Source: Squalus acanthias (Eukaryota). From it: a DNA stretch of 64,000 nucleotides. The notes beneath the pieces are model-generated. The model worked only from the letters and a program-made list of their open reading frames with translations, did no database searches and had not been told where the DNA came from. The stretch spans positions 61,258,001-61,322,000 of the forward strand of contig CM059432.1 of NCBI GenBank assembly GCA_030390025.1, in the 5' to 3' direction. Both the position numbers and the translations under genes were made by a program. This document shows, piece by piece, positions 46,479 to 58,739 of this stretch (position 1 is the stretch's first letter; each line of letters starts with the position of its first letter).

Positions 46479-48141
46479 AGTCCTCGCCTCCCTTTACCTG
46501 GCGAGTTCCCAGAGGCCTGGGAAACCCACCCGCCCAGAGTTAACTTTAAAATAGTTGATCACCCTGAGGCACGGAGCTTCATTATAATATTAAGTGCCAA
46601 CATGCCTCCTGGGAGCAGGTTGGCTGCCACCCCCGCCCTGCCTCCGCTAAACCCGGAAGTGGGCAGGTTGGCATCGGGAGTCACATTTTTAACTCTTTAA
46701 CTTCCCACCCAACCCCAACCCACCGTGGAGTTGGAACAGATGTCAGTGCTATCTGTCAGGACAGCAACTCATCTACACCCTCAAGCTACCTCACTCCATT
46801 GACTATAAATGTGGCAGTAAGCATCCAGGATCAGACAGCCTCGACTTAGCTAAAGTAGGTAGAGAGTCACCCCACTTCCAAGAGGCTCCCACTGCAACAC
46901 ATCATCCAACCACTTCAGTGGCTCTTGCCACAGGGGGTACACCTAGAGGTAACATGAGGTTAGGATCTACAGCTCACATCATGTAGTGCCAGGAAAGCAT
47001 CTAGGTGGTATATACTAGACCTATACATATATTACTTGTAGGGGGAAAAAAAAATGGTTGCCATACAGTTCAAGGAAATGTGGGAAACGTGGCAGCCAAT
47101 TTGTATACAGCAAGGTCCCACAAGTGGCAAGGAGAGAACAGTGGTAGAGCCAGTGGGGGATCATGAACCAAGTTCCCTTTAAGCTGCGTGGTGCCCTGGA
47201 GAACCTGCGCAGCCAGCTCACCCAGCTTTCAAATGGAAAAAAACGCACATGCATGGAACTTTGAATGGGCCGCGCCACCCATTAAAGGGACCACACAGCT
47301 CAAAAAAAATTATAGGGAACATTGGTCCTGAGGGGTCATGACCACCCGCAATCACTTTAGGCTCAGCCAATTTTGTATGTCAGGACTTGGCCAAAATTGA
47401 CTGTAAATAGTTTACTCATTTAACTTTTAAATAACTGATCACAATCGCGTTGCCATTTTGAATCGGACGCTAATGGCAATGCAGAGTTAGCTCTCCAGCC
47501 CCCAGGCCCCTCGCCTAAATTTTTGCCTCTGGGGGCTAAGTTGGCCAAACCTGGACTTGAACCCTCCACCAATCCTTCAACCTTAGCTCGGAGCCTGGGA
47601 GAGTGTGTTATTGGTACGATGTTAGACAAAATACCCTTAGATAACAGGAATGGAACCAGTCGTTGCTAAAAAGGAAGGTAAAATCATCATATTTTTGTTG
47701 AGGGCACGATAAAAAGGGGTAGAAAACTGCTGATGCAATAGGAGGATTGGTGACTTGGGAGAATGGCTCATCAATGAGATCCTAGTGTACAGCACTAGCA
47801 GACAGTAAAAAGGCTTCTGAATTCTCCAGCTAGTCATCTTTGCCTGGCTGCAGCAACTGATTCTCCTGCTCTGCTAGTGTTCTGTAGTTAGACTGCAAAG
47901 GTGTGTAGCCGGCAGGAAACCATAATGGCCCTGGAGACTTTTACTGGCCTATATAAAATGACACCCAAATGTCAAGGCGCTGCTTCAAGGTGCCTATGAA
48001 CTGTTGAGTGACAACTCTGGTAGGTGCATGCGCCAGATTGTATCTAATGCTGGCAACACTTCACAGGTGTCCTAAAAGTGCAGCTGGCCAGGACTCAAGA
48101 GGGTATCCTTGGTAGCCAAGAAGCCAACATAGCACTTTTCC

Positions 48142-48178
48142 AGTTCTGACGAAGGGTCATCGACCTGAAACGTTAACT
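48142..48178 (+). ncRNA. Minimal hammerhead-like motif
   Basis: agtt-CTGACGA-a-gggtc atc gacct-GAAA-cgtt-aact; palindromic AACGTT. Confidence 0.75.
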
Positions 48179-48279
48179 CTGTTTCTCTCTCCACAGATGC
48201 TGCCGGACCTGCTGAGTATTTCCAGCATTTTCTGTTTTTATTTCAGATTTCCAGCATCCGCAGTATTTTGCTTTTGTAT
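48142..48279 (+). mobile_element. Short Penelope-derived unit (second family) beginning with a hammerhead-like motif
   Basis: 12-bp TSD tagcacttttcc/tagtacttttcc (48130-48141, 48280-48291); typical ctctccacagatgctgcc.gacctgctgagtatttccagca body. Confidence 0.8.
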
Positions 48280-48699
48280 TAGTACTTTTCCTCGTGGGTC
48301 AAATAGAGAGATTCATAGGCAAACTAACCTTCGAAAGAAATACAAAGTAAATAACTGTCAAGAGATTAGGGATTGATACAAGATACAGTTGAGGCCAACT
48401 ATAGCCACTATTAGAAAGACAAAAAAAGGACATTAGAAAAAGTAATTGTAGATAAGTGCAGTGGTAAAGTTTGTTTTTCAGTTATGTCAGAACCCAGAAA
48501 AGGATCTAGGATTGCATTGGTCTTTTGAGAGACTCAGCAGTGCTGGTTCGGATAAAAGATCAAGATATGGCTGAAGAGCTATTGAAGGTAATGCTAAAGG
48601 TGCTAGTAGTGCCAGATAGTGAGGCTTCTAAATTTGATTCCACAGAAGTAAATGCAAGCTATTTGGTAAGATTTCATTGTGGGGGAAGTGTTGGTCAGA

Positions 48700-48990
48700 T
48701 TTTGTGCAGATATAGAGTTGGCTGCAACTTCATAGGCAGAGGCTCTGCAAGGGACCAAGTCACAAGGGAAGTCCTGCAGGGAGTCATGTTGGAACTACTG
48801 CTGTGCGCCATCTTCACAAATGATTTGGATGAAGGCATTAATGGAACCATTCACAAGTTTGCTGATCACACAAAATTCTGCATGTGAGCCAAGAACTTAA
48901 ATCAAACATATAGGGTACAGGCCAATTTTGATAGGCTGAGGGAATGGACCCATGTGTGGCAAATGTTCTTCATTGTGGACAAAGGTAATT
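48700..48990 (+). mobile_element. Old CR1-type RT remnant
   Basis: EVLQGVMLELLLCAIFTNDLDEGINGTIHKFADHTK. Confidence 0.7.
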
Positions 48991-49902
48991 TCAGGCATGT
49001 ATATACAATGCAAAAAGTAGTGGCAAAGTGAGAGGTGCAGGTGATGGATCGGGCGGGGTGGGGAGGGGCGGTCATAGCGCATAAAATGTTGAAAAGCTGG
49101 TTTTCCTCCTATGAGTACCTAGGAATGCTTACTCTCCAGATGTTAAGCACAGGAAAAAGGGTCAGAGAGCCACACCACCAGTTTTTTTGCCACTTTTGCA
49201 CTGTCCCATGATTTCTGGGGGGGGGGGGGGGGAAAAGAGGTGCAGATTGGCCTACAATTGGCCCAGGCAACGGGCAGTCAGTCAGTTGAAATGGCAGTCA
49301 GCATTCCCAGCTCTCCGGTCTAATTTCCTTTTGCTCTATTAGTCATATGCCCATTTTGAGCGGAGCTCAGAAGAAGTGGGCCTAAGGCCCTGCACCTAGC
49401 CGCTCTCCAAATCAGAGGATCAAAGAGGGGCAGGCAGCAGAGTTAAAGGTAAATCCCTTTTCTTCTTTACAGGCCTGTTAAGCCATCAATTGGCTTGAGG
49501 CTTTCTGGCTGCTGTTTTTGTACAGAAGCCAAAAGGCAGCAACCACTGCAGGCCTGCAATAGTGACAGATTTTCTTCCCCTTCTTCCAGGCACAAGGACA
49601 TGTCAAGGGGCAGGCCTGTGCCAGGGAGCATCTGGATCATTTAAGTGACCTATACAGACAGATTCAGGTCTTTGCAGGCATTTTGGGCGCACTCTGCCCA
49701 TCTAGCTCCCAGGAGCAGGGTTCCAAGGAAAATCAGCTGTTTGTTTTCTTAAGATGGTTGATATGTTGTTGTACTTCTACGCATTTTACCTATTATGGGA
49801 AATTACTGAACATTTGTACCAGTGCGACTTTTGCTGTTATGAGATGAGAGTGTCAGCAAAAGTTATGTCTGTGTATATGGTCAAGTGAAATCAATACATA
49901 TT

Positions 49903-50650
49903 GGCCCAAAAATTCGGCCTAATACGGGAGAGTACGCACTATGTACTCACCCACATTAGATCCCGAAGTGCCGGTTTCCTGCATGCGCGGGAAACCGGCA
50001 CTTCCGTATGGCGAAGGGGGCGGTTCCTAGGTGAACCGCGTGCGCACTACAGGCTGTGTGCACGCAGCACACTTAGGTTTTTTTTCAGGTTTCAACGCGA
50101 GGGTAAGTATTGAATCTTCTACACAAGTAAAAAGGAGGCGTAAGACCCCTTTTGAACAAGGTAAGTAGTTAATTAAGTATAATTTTAAAATTTTTTCAAC
50201 AGGTTTATCTTTTTTAGAGACTTTAAAGAAAGGTAAGTTTATTTTTATAACTTTTTTAAAGTATTTTAATTTTTTCAAAAATTTAAATTTTTGTTTAAAG
50301 TGGTTAATTTATTTAACTATAGTTATTTTATTAATGTAATGGGTTTTTTTTTAATTTATTTGAGGTTTAGCTGTTCTTTTGGGGTCTCTTTCAATTCACA
50401 GATTTGACATGTCTCCTGTCAAATCTATGAATGAAAGATAGTCTGCTGCCATTGGCTCTCCATGGCCCACGTGATCCCAGAGGTCGCATCGCACTAACTG
50501 CGCCCCTGGGACACGCACACACTGCGCGCCGGCACTAGAGGCCCAGGACCCGAAGTTCCTGTGGGCCCAAAACACAACGGCCGGCGCGGAGTGTGATATC
50601 GCGCGCGATCCTTACCCCCGCGGCAAGCCTCCAAGTCAAATTTCTGGGCC
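49903..50650 (+). mobile_element. MITE family B
   Basis: TIR ggcccaaaaatt/aatttctgggcc, perfect TSD att. Confidence 0.9.
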
Positions 50651-50905
50651 ATTGTCTCTGTGTTTATAGTCAAGCAGAAAAGCAAGGCCAGGTCATGAAT
50701 GTAGCAAACAAGTCGGGTATAAATATAGATAGCGTAGCTATTTTCTGTTAGAGCAGACCTAGGTAAACTGGAACTCCGAAGTCACTTCATTTCTGTTCTC
50801 TGGATCGGGTAACTATACTCTGGCCTAAAAGTTTGACAAGGCCCGAAAATGGGAGGTGGCACCGTGGAGAGAGATTTGCTCGCGCCGGTGGAAAAAAAAT
50901 ATATA

Positions 50906-51311
50906 CAGGAAACTTTTGTTTATCCGGCACCCAAATATCCGGAATTCTCGCTTAACCGGCAAAAATCATCCTCCAAAAACTCCTCTCAAATAACCGGCAA
51001 TGTTGCCGAGTCGCAGTCGAGTCTCCGCGAACGCTGAGTACTCCGAAAACTCCTCTCAAATAACCGGCAATGTTGCCGATCCCGAGTCCGAGTCCGAGTC
51101 CGCGAACACTGATTTAGTCAGTAGGGGTAGTTTTCAAAAGTGCTACTACTCGGCCTCCTGGCGCTGTCGGAAGTATACTGCACATTTCTTGATTTATTTA
51201 TTTTTCTTTGTTAAAAATAGCCTCGGTAGATATAACTCTCCGTTATCCGGTACTTTCGATAAACCGGCACCACGCCGGTCCCGTCGGTGCCGGTTAATAA
51301 AGAGTTTCCTG
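50906..51311. mobile_element. Tc1/mariner (pogo/Tigger-like) MITE
   Basis: TA TSD; ~26-bp TIR caggaaacttttgtttatccggcacc / ggtgccggttaataaagagtttcctg; internal ~70-bp tandem duplication. Confidence 0.85.
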
Positions 51312-51349
51312 TAGGAAGCACGTTATTTTGGTGCTGCCTGCTGATTTGA

Positions 51350-51495
51350 ATGATTTCTGACTAGTAAGGGCATCAAGGGATATGGCGATAGGGCCGGTGA
51401 ATGGAGTTGAGGCAGAAGATCAGCCATGATCTCATTGAATGGCGGAGCAGGCTCGAAGGGCTGAATGGCCTACTCCTGCTCCTATTTCTTATTTT
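51350..51495 (+). mobile_element. CR1 3' tail fragment
   Basis: gatcagccatgatctcattgaatggcggagcaggctcgaagggctgaatggcctactcctgctcctatttcttat. Confidence 0.85.
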
Positions 51496-54209
51496 TCCCT
51501 AACTCCTCTTCTTCCAAATAACCCAAGTATAATGGGATTCCCATTTGGAAAACCTTAGTGCCAATATAAATTGCACTACGTGAAAATAACAATGACAACA
51601 CTACAGTCAGGAAAAAAGTGCTCAAGTAAATGGGCTAATACTAAAAATGCTGCAAAAGATACCTTGTTTGAATTGTGCAAAATTCAGTAGCGCACAATTG
51701 GCATCACTCCTTTAAATGCTGACTTCTTAACAGCACACAGCAACCTGCAAGGCCCATTTTAATAGGAACAGAAATCAGAATTTAATGCTGGGAGTCTGCA
51801 CTTGCAAACACTTACATAGTGTAGTAAAGAATTTTATTATTTAAAAGAGCTTTCACCTGTTCTGGTCAAAAGCTTCCAGCACTGATGTCATTGGAAGCGG
51901 TTGGAGTGCATTGAATCAATGGAAATCTGACAGAAGTGATTTCTGCCAAAAAAAAAAACCAAAAAGTATTCTAGTAAAAAAAAACAAGAAAGCAATTGCT
52001 GCACTTTCACATTTTATTTTGAAAGTAAGTGTAAATGCTCTGACCAGTTGTTTTCAAAGTAATGGAAAACAACATGCAGATCATGTAATGGATCTAAAAA
52101 CTATTTCAGATGTGATACTTTTAAAAGATAAGAAATGTAAAGTAAGAATATTCATAACCTAAGTTTAGAGAACATATCAGAGATAAAGAATACTTATTTA
52201 TGGTTGTCTAAATGTTTTGGGGGAGTGGCAGAAAGGATATTTCCACTATGCTTAATAATACTTGTTCAAGTAGTTTACAAATTATGGAAAAAGTTATGTA
52301 GGCCTGTTATACTTAGCACCAGGTCATCTCAGATGGTTATGGAAAAAACTAGCAGCCATATTTATTATATCTAAAGTTTAACAAGAAAGCAGATTGGAGT
52401 AAACAGCAGACCAATAACAGTAGAAAGTGGTGATTAACTTTTTCTTTCATTTTTACAACTACTGAGTCTTGCTTCGTTTAATAAAACTTAGTCCAAAAAA
52501 AATTGCTCATCAAGGACTGGTAAGGGCTTGTTCAAGATAATTGTGTTAGAATCATGGAGTTTCATGTGAGGAAGAGTAGATATAAAAAATGAGTTCTTAA
52601 TTTACATTCAGACCAGTGAGGTATTATGCTTAGGGCCATATTTCAGTGTTTCACCATAACAGTATCAGAAGTGAACCACAGTGGAGTTTTCATTCCTAAT
52701 GCATGGGTACAGCTATTACCATTACTTCCACAACACTAATTCTAAATGTCGGCTTCGCTGTTCCTCTATGACTAGCCATTATCCTGGTTGGTATTCTAAA
52801 TCAACCTCCTAAAGCTTTAGGACACCTACTCCGTGAAGGTCCTGCAATTTCTTTAATCCCAGTTATAATAATAATTGAAATAGTTTATTTATCCAATAGC
52901 CTATGTGTTCAAATCATTGCAAACTTAGTGTGTTATAGCCTGTTGAGTAAAAATATTCTCTACATTGACTGCCAGTGCAGCAGATTTTATGCTTAAAAGA
53001 CTTGGCATTTTTCTACTGTCATTGTACATAAGATTGTTCTATCCTGTATGTTTAAGTTCTGTAAATAAATCTAATTAGCCTCATTTGAAATTAGAGTATG
53101 ATGCGATAATAATACTGTCTTCTGGAGTGGCTTGGAGAGAAATAAAGTGCAGAGGGTACTTAGCGTTCTAGAATTGTGCAAGTCCTTAAAAGTGTACGAG
53201 GCTCTGCAGAGACAAAATAAATTCAAAAGGCTGCAGTTTCTGAATTGTAGGGGATACAGGGTCTGATTGCAGAAGTGCAATGAGACAGTTGCAAGAGGGA
53301 ACAGCTCATTAAAAATTCCTAAATTTTGTACGACTGACTGTGTTGAGCGATAATCTTATTTTCTGTGTCTCAACAAACAGCATTTGTTTTGCCCCATTTT
53401 GATAAGTATTTCACAAGAACGGGGTAGTAAAAGGCACATCAGGCTACAGGTCAGAAAGTTCCCCATTATAATTAGCAGTGATCAGAACAGCATTGATAAT
53501 ATATCACAAACAACAGTATTTTTTAAAAGGTATTCATGAAAAGTGTTTGACAAACATTTCTCCAACGACTGAGAGATTGACAACATAATGATCCAAAGCA
53601 TGTCAAAGTGCTTTTCACAAAGAGAATGCCTCTTTCGTTGTTCAATATGAACTAGTCAGTCTTCTGCACAAAGTTACACTGTATTTTACTTTTACCAGAA
53701 ACAAAAACAGAAGGTGCAGTTATGGTATAAATGATATACACAAAAATTCTTGCACTATTTGAAAAGACCAGCATAACCAACTTTATCACTCGGTTACTCT
53801 TTTGGTGTTTATTCATGTTCTAAATATTGTAAAACCACCAGCAGAAATCAGGTCTCCATAATATATCTTTAGGCAGAATGTATTGCTTCTACTTTGTTTA
53901 CCAGCCATTAGAAAGAAATTAAAACAAAAGCAGAAACATTGCATTCTCAATAGCCTTGAATTTACACTATGAACAATCCCTTTGTTCCCTATTTTAACAA
54001 AGGCATTAAGCAGTTTAAATTAAGGCCAAAGTTTTTAAATCAGTTATAACCAGAGCAAAATTCAAATCAAACTCTATCCAATATTATGCATTTTGAAATT
54101 CTAATAATTTCAACCAAAAAAAAATTGTATTTACTCAGTTTAACCCTACATAGTTACAAATAACTTTTTTTTGTAATTCAGATGTTTGTTCTTTTAAAAA
54201 GTGCTATAC

Positions 54210-54322
54210 CTCATCTTGGTGAGAGCTCAGTAACTGTAGCTTCATGTGCTTCATGTAGGCCATTGTAATAGGCATATTATAATCTATCATACTGGTCACC
54301 AAAGAAGCTGGTTTTTCATTTT
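54210..54322 (-). CDS. NOL4: Internal coding exon (113 nt) of nucleolar protein 4 family gene; best recalled match is NOL4 exon 4, NOL4L not excluded
   Basis: Acceptor tttttttccccag, donor GAG|gtatag. Translates (E)NEKPASLVTSMIDYNMPITMAYMKHMKLQLLSSHQDE versus recalled human NOL4 DNGKPPTLVTSMIDYNMPITMAYMKHMKLQLLNSQQDE. Confidence 0.9.
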
Positions 54323-54457
54323 CTGGGGAAAAAAAGAGGAAAAATAAATTCACATGTATATCATATTGGATCCATGTTGCATTTTAAAAAAAATGTTACA
54401 ATGGTTATGGAGGCTACTGCAACCAATAAATGAAAAGATTGACATGGGGCCACAGAA

Positions 54458-54598
54458 AGAAAGAAACGAAGAAAGACTAGAAATTTATATAGCACCTTTT
54501 ATGACCGCCAGATGTCCCAAAGAGCTGTACTAGAGAGAGATTTGAACCCACAACCTTTTGACTCAGGTGAGGATGCTACCAACTGAGCCACGGCTGAC
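54458..54598 (-). mobile_element. Internally deleted SacSINE1-like SINE (head fused to tail)
   Basis: Tail atttatatagcacc..gatgtcccaaa adjacent to head tttgaacccacaacc..gactca..gctaccaactgagccacggctgac. Confidence 0.7.
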
Positions 54599-54734
54599 AT
54601 ACCAGAAGAGAAAATAAGATTTTCAATTAAAAAAACAGAACTTTAAGTCAAAAGCCCAATAGTTCCATTTCCCACTATTTCATCGGGCAGAAGTGCTTTT
54701 CTTTTTGGCTCGCTTACTGTCCGTATCCTATCCT

Positions 54735-55172
54735 GCATCCCATCATCCCTGTCCACACTGACCTACGTTGGCTCCCAATCCCCTAATTCTTCAAACTTAT
54801 ACTTCTTATTCTGGTCTTTAAAATCCACCAAAACCTTACCCTTCATATCTAAATAACCTCTCCCAGGTCCACAATGCTTCCCCCCACACCTGCTCCCCCA
54901 ACACTCCTGTAGTTCCAGTTTCTTCTGCATCCTCCTACATCTCACTTCACCACTGGTGGCTGTGCCTTCAGCATCTCTTCCTCTCTAGAATTCCCCCCTT
55001 AAACTCACCTTCCTCCATCTTTAAGACCCTTAAAAATCATCACATTGGCCAAGCTTTTGGTAAACCCCTCAATCTTGCCTTCCACAGCTAGGTGTCTATT
55101 ATCCTCATGGATAATAGACACCTTGGCTTTTTTTCCCCCTGGGCACTATATAAATGCAAGTTATTGTTGTTA
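54735..55172 (+). mobile_element. Old L2 LINE 3' end
   Basis: PIIPVHTDLRWLP..FKLILLILVFKS; tail gcactatataaatgcaagttattgttgtt. Confidence 0.7.
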
Positions 55173-55253
55173 GTACAGGCAATAGGAAGCCAAAACCTAA
55201 ACTCGGGGGTGGCAGGAGGTTGTGAAACAATAACTATGACAAACAGACACTAA

Positions 55254-55770
55254 GGTGGGAATTTTAACCCCGTGTGGGTTGGGTGGAAGGTTAAAGAGTT
55301 AAAAATCTGAATCCCGACCCCAACCCACCCACTTCCAGTTTTAACGGAGGCGAGACGGGGGGTGGGCAGCCAACCCACTCCCAGGCAACGGGTTGGTATT
55401 TTAAATATTATAATGAGGCTCCGTGCCTCATTTGGAAGCTCCATTTTAAATTTAACTCTGGCTGGCCTGGTTTCCCAGGCCTCAGGGAATCCGCCAGCTA
55501 AAGGAAGGCGAGGACTGCTGGATCCAGAAGATAAGTGCCTTTCCACTTACCTGCTGTATCATCAAATCCCCCATGATTGGACACTCCCCCGACCCTTCCG
55601 CTCTCAAATGCCAACCACCCCACCCCCCGCCCCGCCCACGAGGCCTCCAATTTCCCCATCCGGCTTTTCGACCCCCCCACTCCGGTGCCACAAGCCTACC
55701 TGCCCCACAGCCAGCCAGTTTCTTCATTTGGCTGGCTGCGGGCAGCAGAGAATCAAAATGCCAGTAATGC
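55254..55770 (-). mobile_element. MITE family C copy (one end lost)
   Basis: Starts ggtgggaattttaacccc after TAA; homologous to 39700-39958 + 46479-46725. Confidence 0.7.
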
Positions 55771-56584
55771 CAACACCACCATCTCATAAATCATGAGACA
55801 AACTCTTAAAAATCATAAGATTTGGCAAGAAATCATGAGTTGCTATTTTTTGGTTTATATACCTCATTAGTGGCTTTATTAAACTGCAACACGTCACAAC
55901 TCTTCACAAAAACTATATTACTGCATCTGAAAACTTTTTAAAAATCCTACCCATTATCACCACCCTTCACCTGGTGCCCTACACAAACACCACGCAATGC
56001 AGTCCCTGCAGCTGCCAACCAAAGGTAAATCAAAAATACCTTCCCACGGAGACAGGAGTCGCGATCACCCCTGGTGAACATTAACGTGATTGGTGATGTG
56101 AAAACTTTTATCTTCCCTTCAGCTGAAGGGTAACCATACAGGCTCAGCAACATGTCTTTTTAATACTTCACCGCACAACACCTCCCTGCTCTTCCTGGAG
56201 TGGTATTAGGCTCGGTGGCTCCTGTTGGGAACACTGGCACCGTTTCAGGTGTAACCCTCCACCGCCCGCCTACTCTGCACTGCTGCTGAGTGCTTCAGGG
56301 TTTTTTTCTTCCCCTCTGTGGTTTACTGGCCTGTCTGCACATACCCCAGTTTGAGAACCACTGAATTATTCTTCCATTATCCAAATACATGGGAGCGCTG
56401 CTGTCATATCCAATTACCAAATTAAATAACAAGAGTGTTCTGATTGACCTTGGGCAATTCTACATTACAAGATATTGGCATATAAAGTCACTTCAGTTAA
56501 CTGGGCGTGTGGGCCTACCTACAGTAAAGACTTTTGTCACTGGACTCAAGAAAACCATCTGGTGCAGCCTAAAAACTTGAACAC

Positions 56585-57205
56585 CCTCCTCATCGCCCTC
56601 CTCTTTCCTGTTTCCCCCCCCTACCCCATCCATCTATCAGTCCATTCCCTTCTCCTGTTCTTCTTTCCACTCCCCCCCCCCCGCCCCCTTGCCTCTGGTC
56701 TCTCTCTTCTGCCCCCTCCTTCCATTCTCTCTCCCTCACGCCTCTCCATCAATTGCTCTCCCTTGTCTCTGTCTTTTTCCCACTACCTCTGTTTCTTTTT
56801 TCAAATTGGTCTCCCCCCGCCTTCCTCTTTTCCCTGTATTTCACTATCTCTTGCCCTCAGTGTCTACTCCTCTCTCTACCTGCCCAGTCTCGCTCCCTCC
56901 CCCAATCTCTCCCACACTCCTCTCCCCCTGGCCGTGTCAATCTCTTCCTTTCACGTCTCCATCTCGGTCGGTCGGTAGGTCGCTCCCTTCCCCCCCATTC
57001 CTCTCTGTACCCCCTTCTCTGCATCAATCTTTCCCCACCACTTCCTCTGTACTTCCATCTCTCTCTCCCATTCCTCTGTACCTCCATCTCTCTCTCTCTT
57101 CCAGTCACTCATCCCCCAATCTCTCTACCTCCATCTTTCTCCCATTCCTCTCTGTACCCCATCTCCCTGTTACTCTCCACCATCTCTCCTCCCCCACCCA
57201 AGTCT
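56585..57205 (+). repeat. ~620-bp pyrimidine-rich low-complexity tract
   Basis: Almost entirely C/T on the + strand (ctctct, ctcccc units). Confidence 0.9.
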
Positions 57206-57429
57206 CACACTCACCAGATCGCACTCACTGACTCTGCCGATTCGCGCATGTGTACAGGTCAATGGTGTGAAGCAGTGCATTGTGGCAAATTCAGTTCCTC
57301 CGAGCCGGACTTGCACGGCTCCGGACTGTTAGGACGAGAATGGAACTACATCTCCCAGCATGCCCAATGAGTTGGACTCTGCCAGTGGCTGTGAGGGTCA
57401 TCACAGCCCTGCATATTTATACTACGGGG

Positions 57430-58512
57430 CAATTCCAGGCTGTACCCCATAATAGACTGATGAACAAGGTCAGAGAATGCAGAGTCAGGGGACAAGTAGC
57501 AGAATGGATTGCTGGCTGGCTTCAGGACAGAAAGCAGAGATTAGGAGCAAAGGGTAGCTATTCACAGTGATGTTCCACAAGGATCAGTGCTGGGACCACT
57601 GCTGTTCACAATTTACATTAACGATTTAGACTTGGGAATGAAAAACACAATTTCTAAATTTGCAGATGACACCAAATTGGGCGGGATAGTCAATACGGAG
57701 GAGGACTGCAACAAATTACAGGAGGACATTAATAAACTTGCAGAATGGGCATATAATTGGCAAATGAAGTTCAACACAGATAAATGTGAGGTATTACATT
57801 TTGGTAGGAAGAATAGGGAGGTCACATCACTTGGAGGGTGTGAGTCTAGGTGGGGTGGAGGAACAAAGGGATCTAGAAGTACAAATACACAAATCACTAA
57901 AAGTTGCGACACAGGTTAGCAAGGCCATAAAAAAAGCAAACCAAGCACTAGGGTTGATTTCTAGAGGGATAGAATTGAAAAGTAGGGAAGTTATGCTAAA
58001 CCTGTATCGAACCTTGGTTAGACCACACTTGGACTACTGTGTACAGTTCTGGTCGCCATATTATAAAAAGGATAGAGAGGTACTGGAGACTCTTTGCTCT
58101 TGAAAAAGGAAGGCTGAGGGGTGACCTAATAGAGGTCTTTAAAATTATGAAAAATTTTGATAGAGTGGATACAGGGAGAATGTTTCCACTTGTGGGGAAG
58201 AGCATAACTAGAGGCCATCAATATAAGATAGTCATCAAGAAATCCAATAGGGAATTCAAAAGAAACTTCTTTACCCAAAGAGTGGTGAAAATGTGGATCT
58301 CGCTACTACAGGGAGTGGTTGAAGCGAATAGTATGGATGCATTTAAGGGGAGGCTAGACAAGCATATGAGGGAAAAGGAAATAGAGGGTTATGCTGATAA
58401 ATTTAGATGAGGAAAGACGGGAGGAGGCGCGAGTGGAGCATAAACGCCAGCATGGACTGGTTGGGTCGAATGGCCTATTTCTGTGCCGTATATCCTATGT
58501 AATCCTATGTAT
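57430..58512 (+). mobile_element. CR1 3' fragment with internal deletions
   Basis: [30 protein letters not shown]; (atcctatgta)n tail. Confidence 0.9.
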
Positions 58513-58739
58513 TTGGGATCATCAGTTACATTACTCAATCGCCTGTAAATAGGTGCATCAAGCAAGTCAGATGTATTGTTTGCTCAAGCAAGGCACTGCA
58601 TCACCTTACCCATGGACAACCTGCAAAACTGACACCGCACTCACTACAATTTCACCAAGTAATTCAAATCTGCTTTCTTGTTAAGCTTTAGATGCAATAA
58701 ATATGGCTGTTAGCTTTTTTCATAACTATCTGAGATGGC

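Larger units (their letters stand above)
39593..46725 (+). mobile_element. MITE family C split by LINE-B (pieces 39593-39958 and 46479-~46725)
   Basis: Starts ggccggaatttt; the two pieces join into the reverse complement of 55254-55770; agtcctc duplicated at 39952-39958 and 46479-46485. Confidence 0.75.

Noticed and set aside
56475..57370. Three overlapping 167-205 aa ORFs
   Set aside because: Artefact of the C/T low-complexity tract, which lacks stop codons; Ser/Pro/Leu-biased translation
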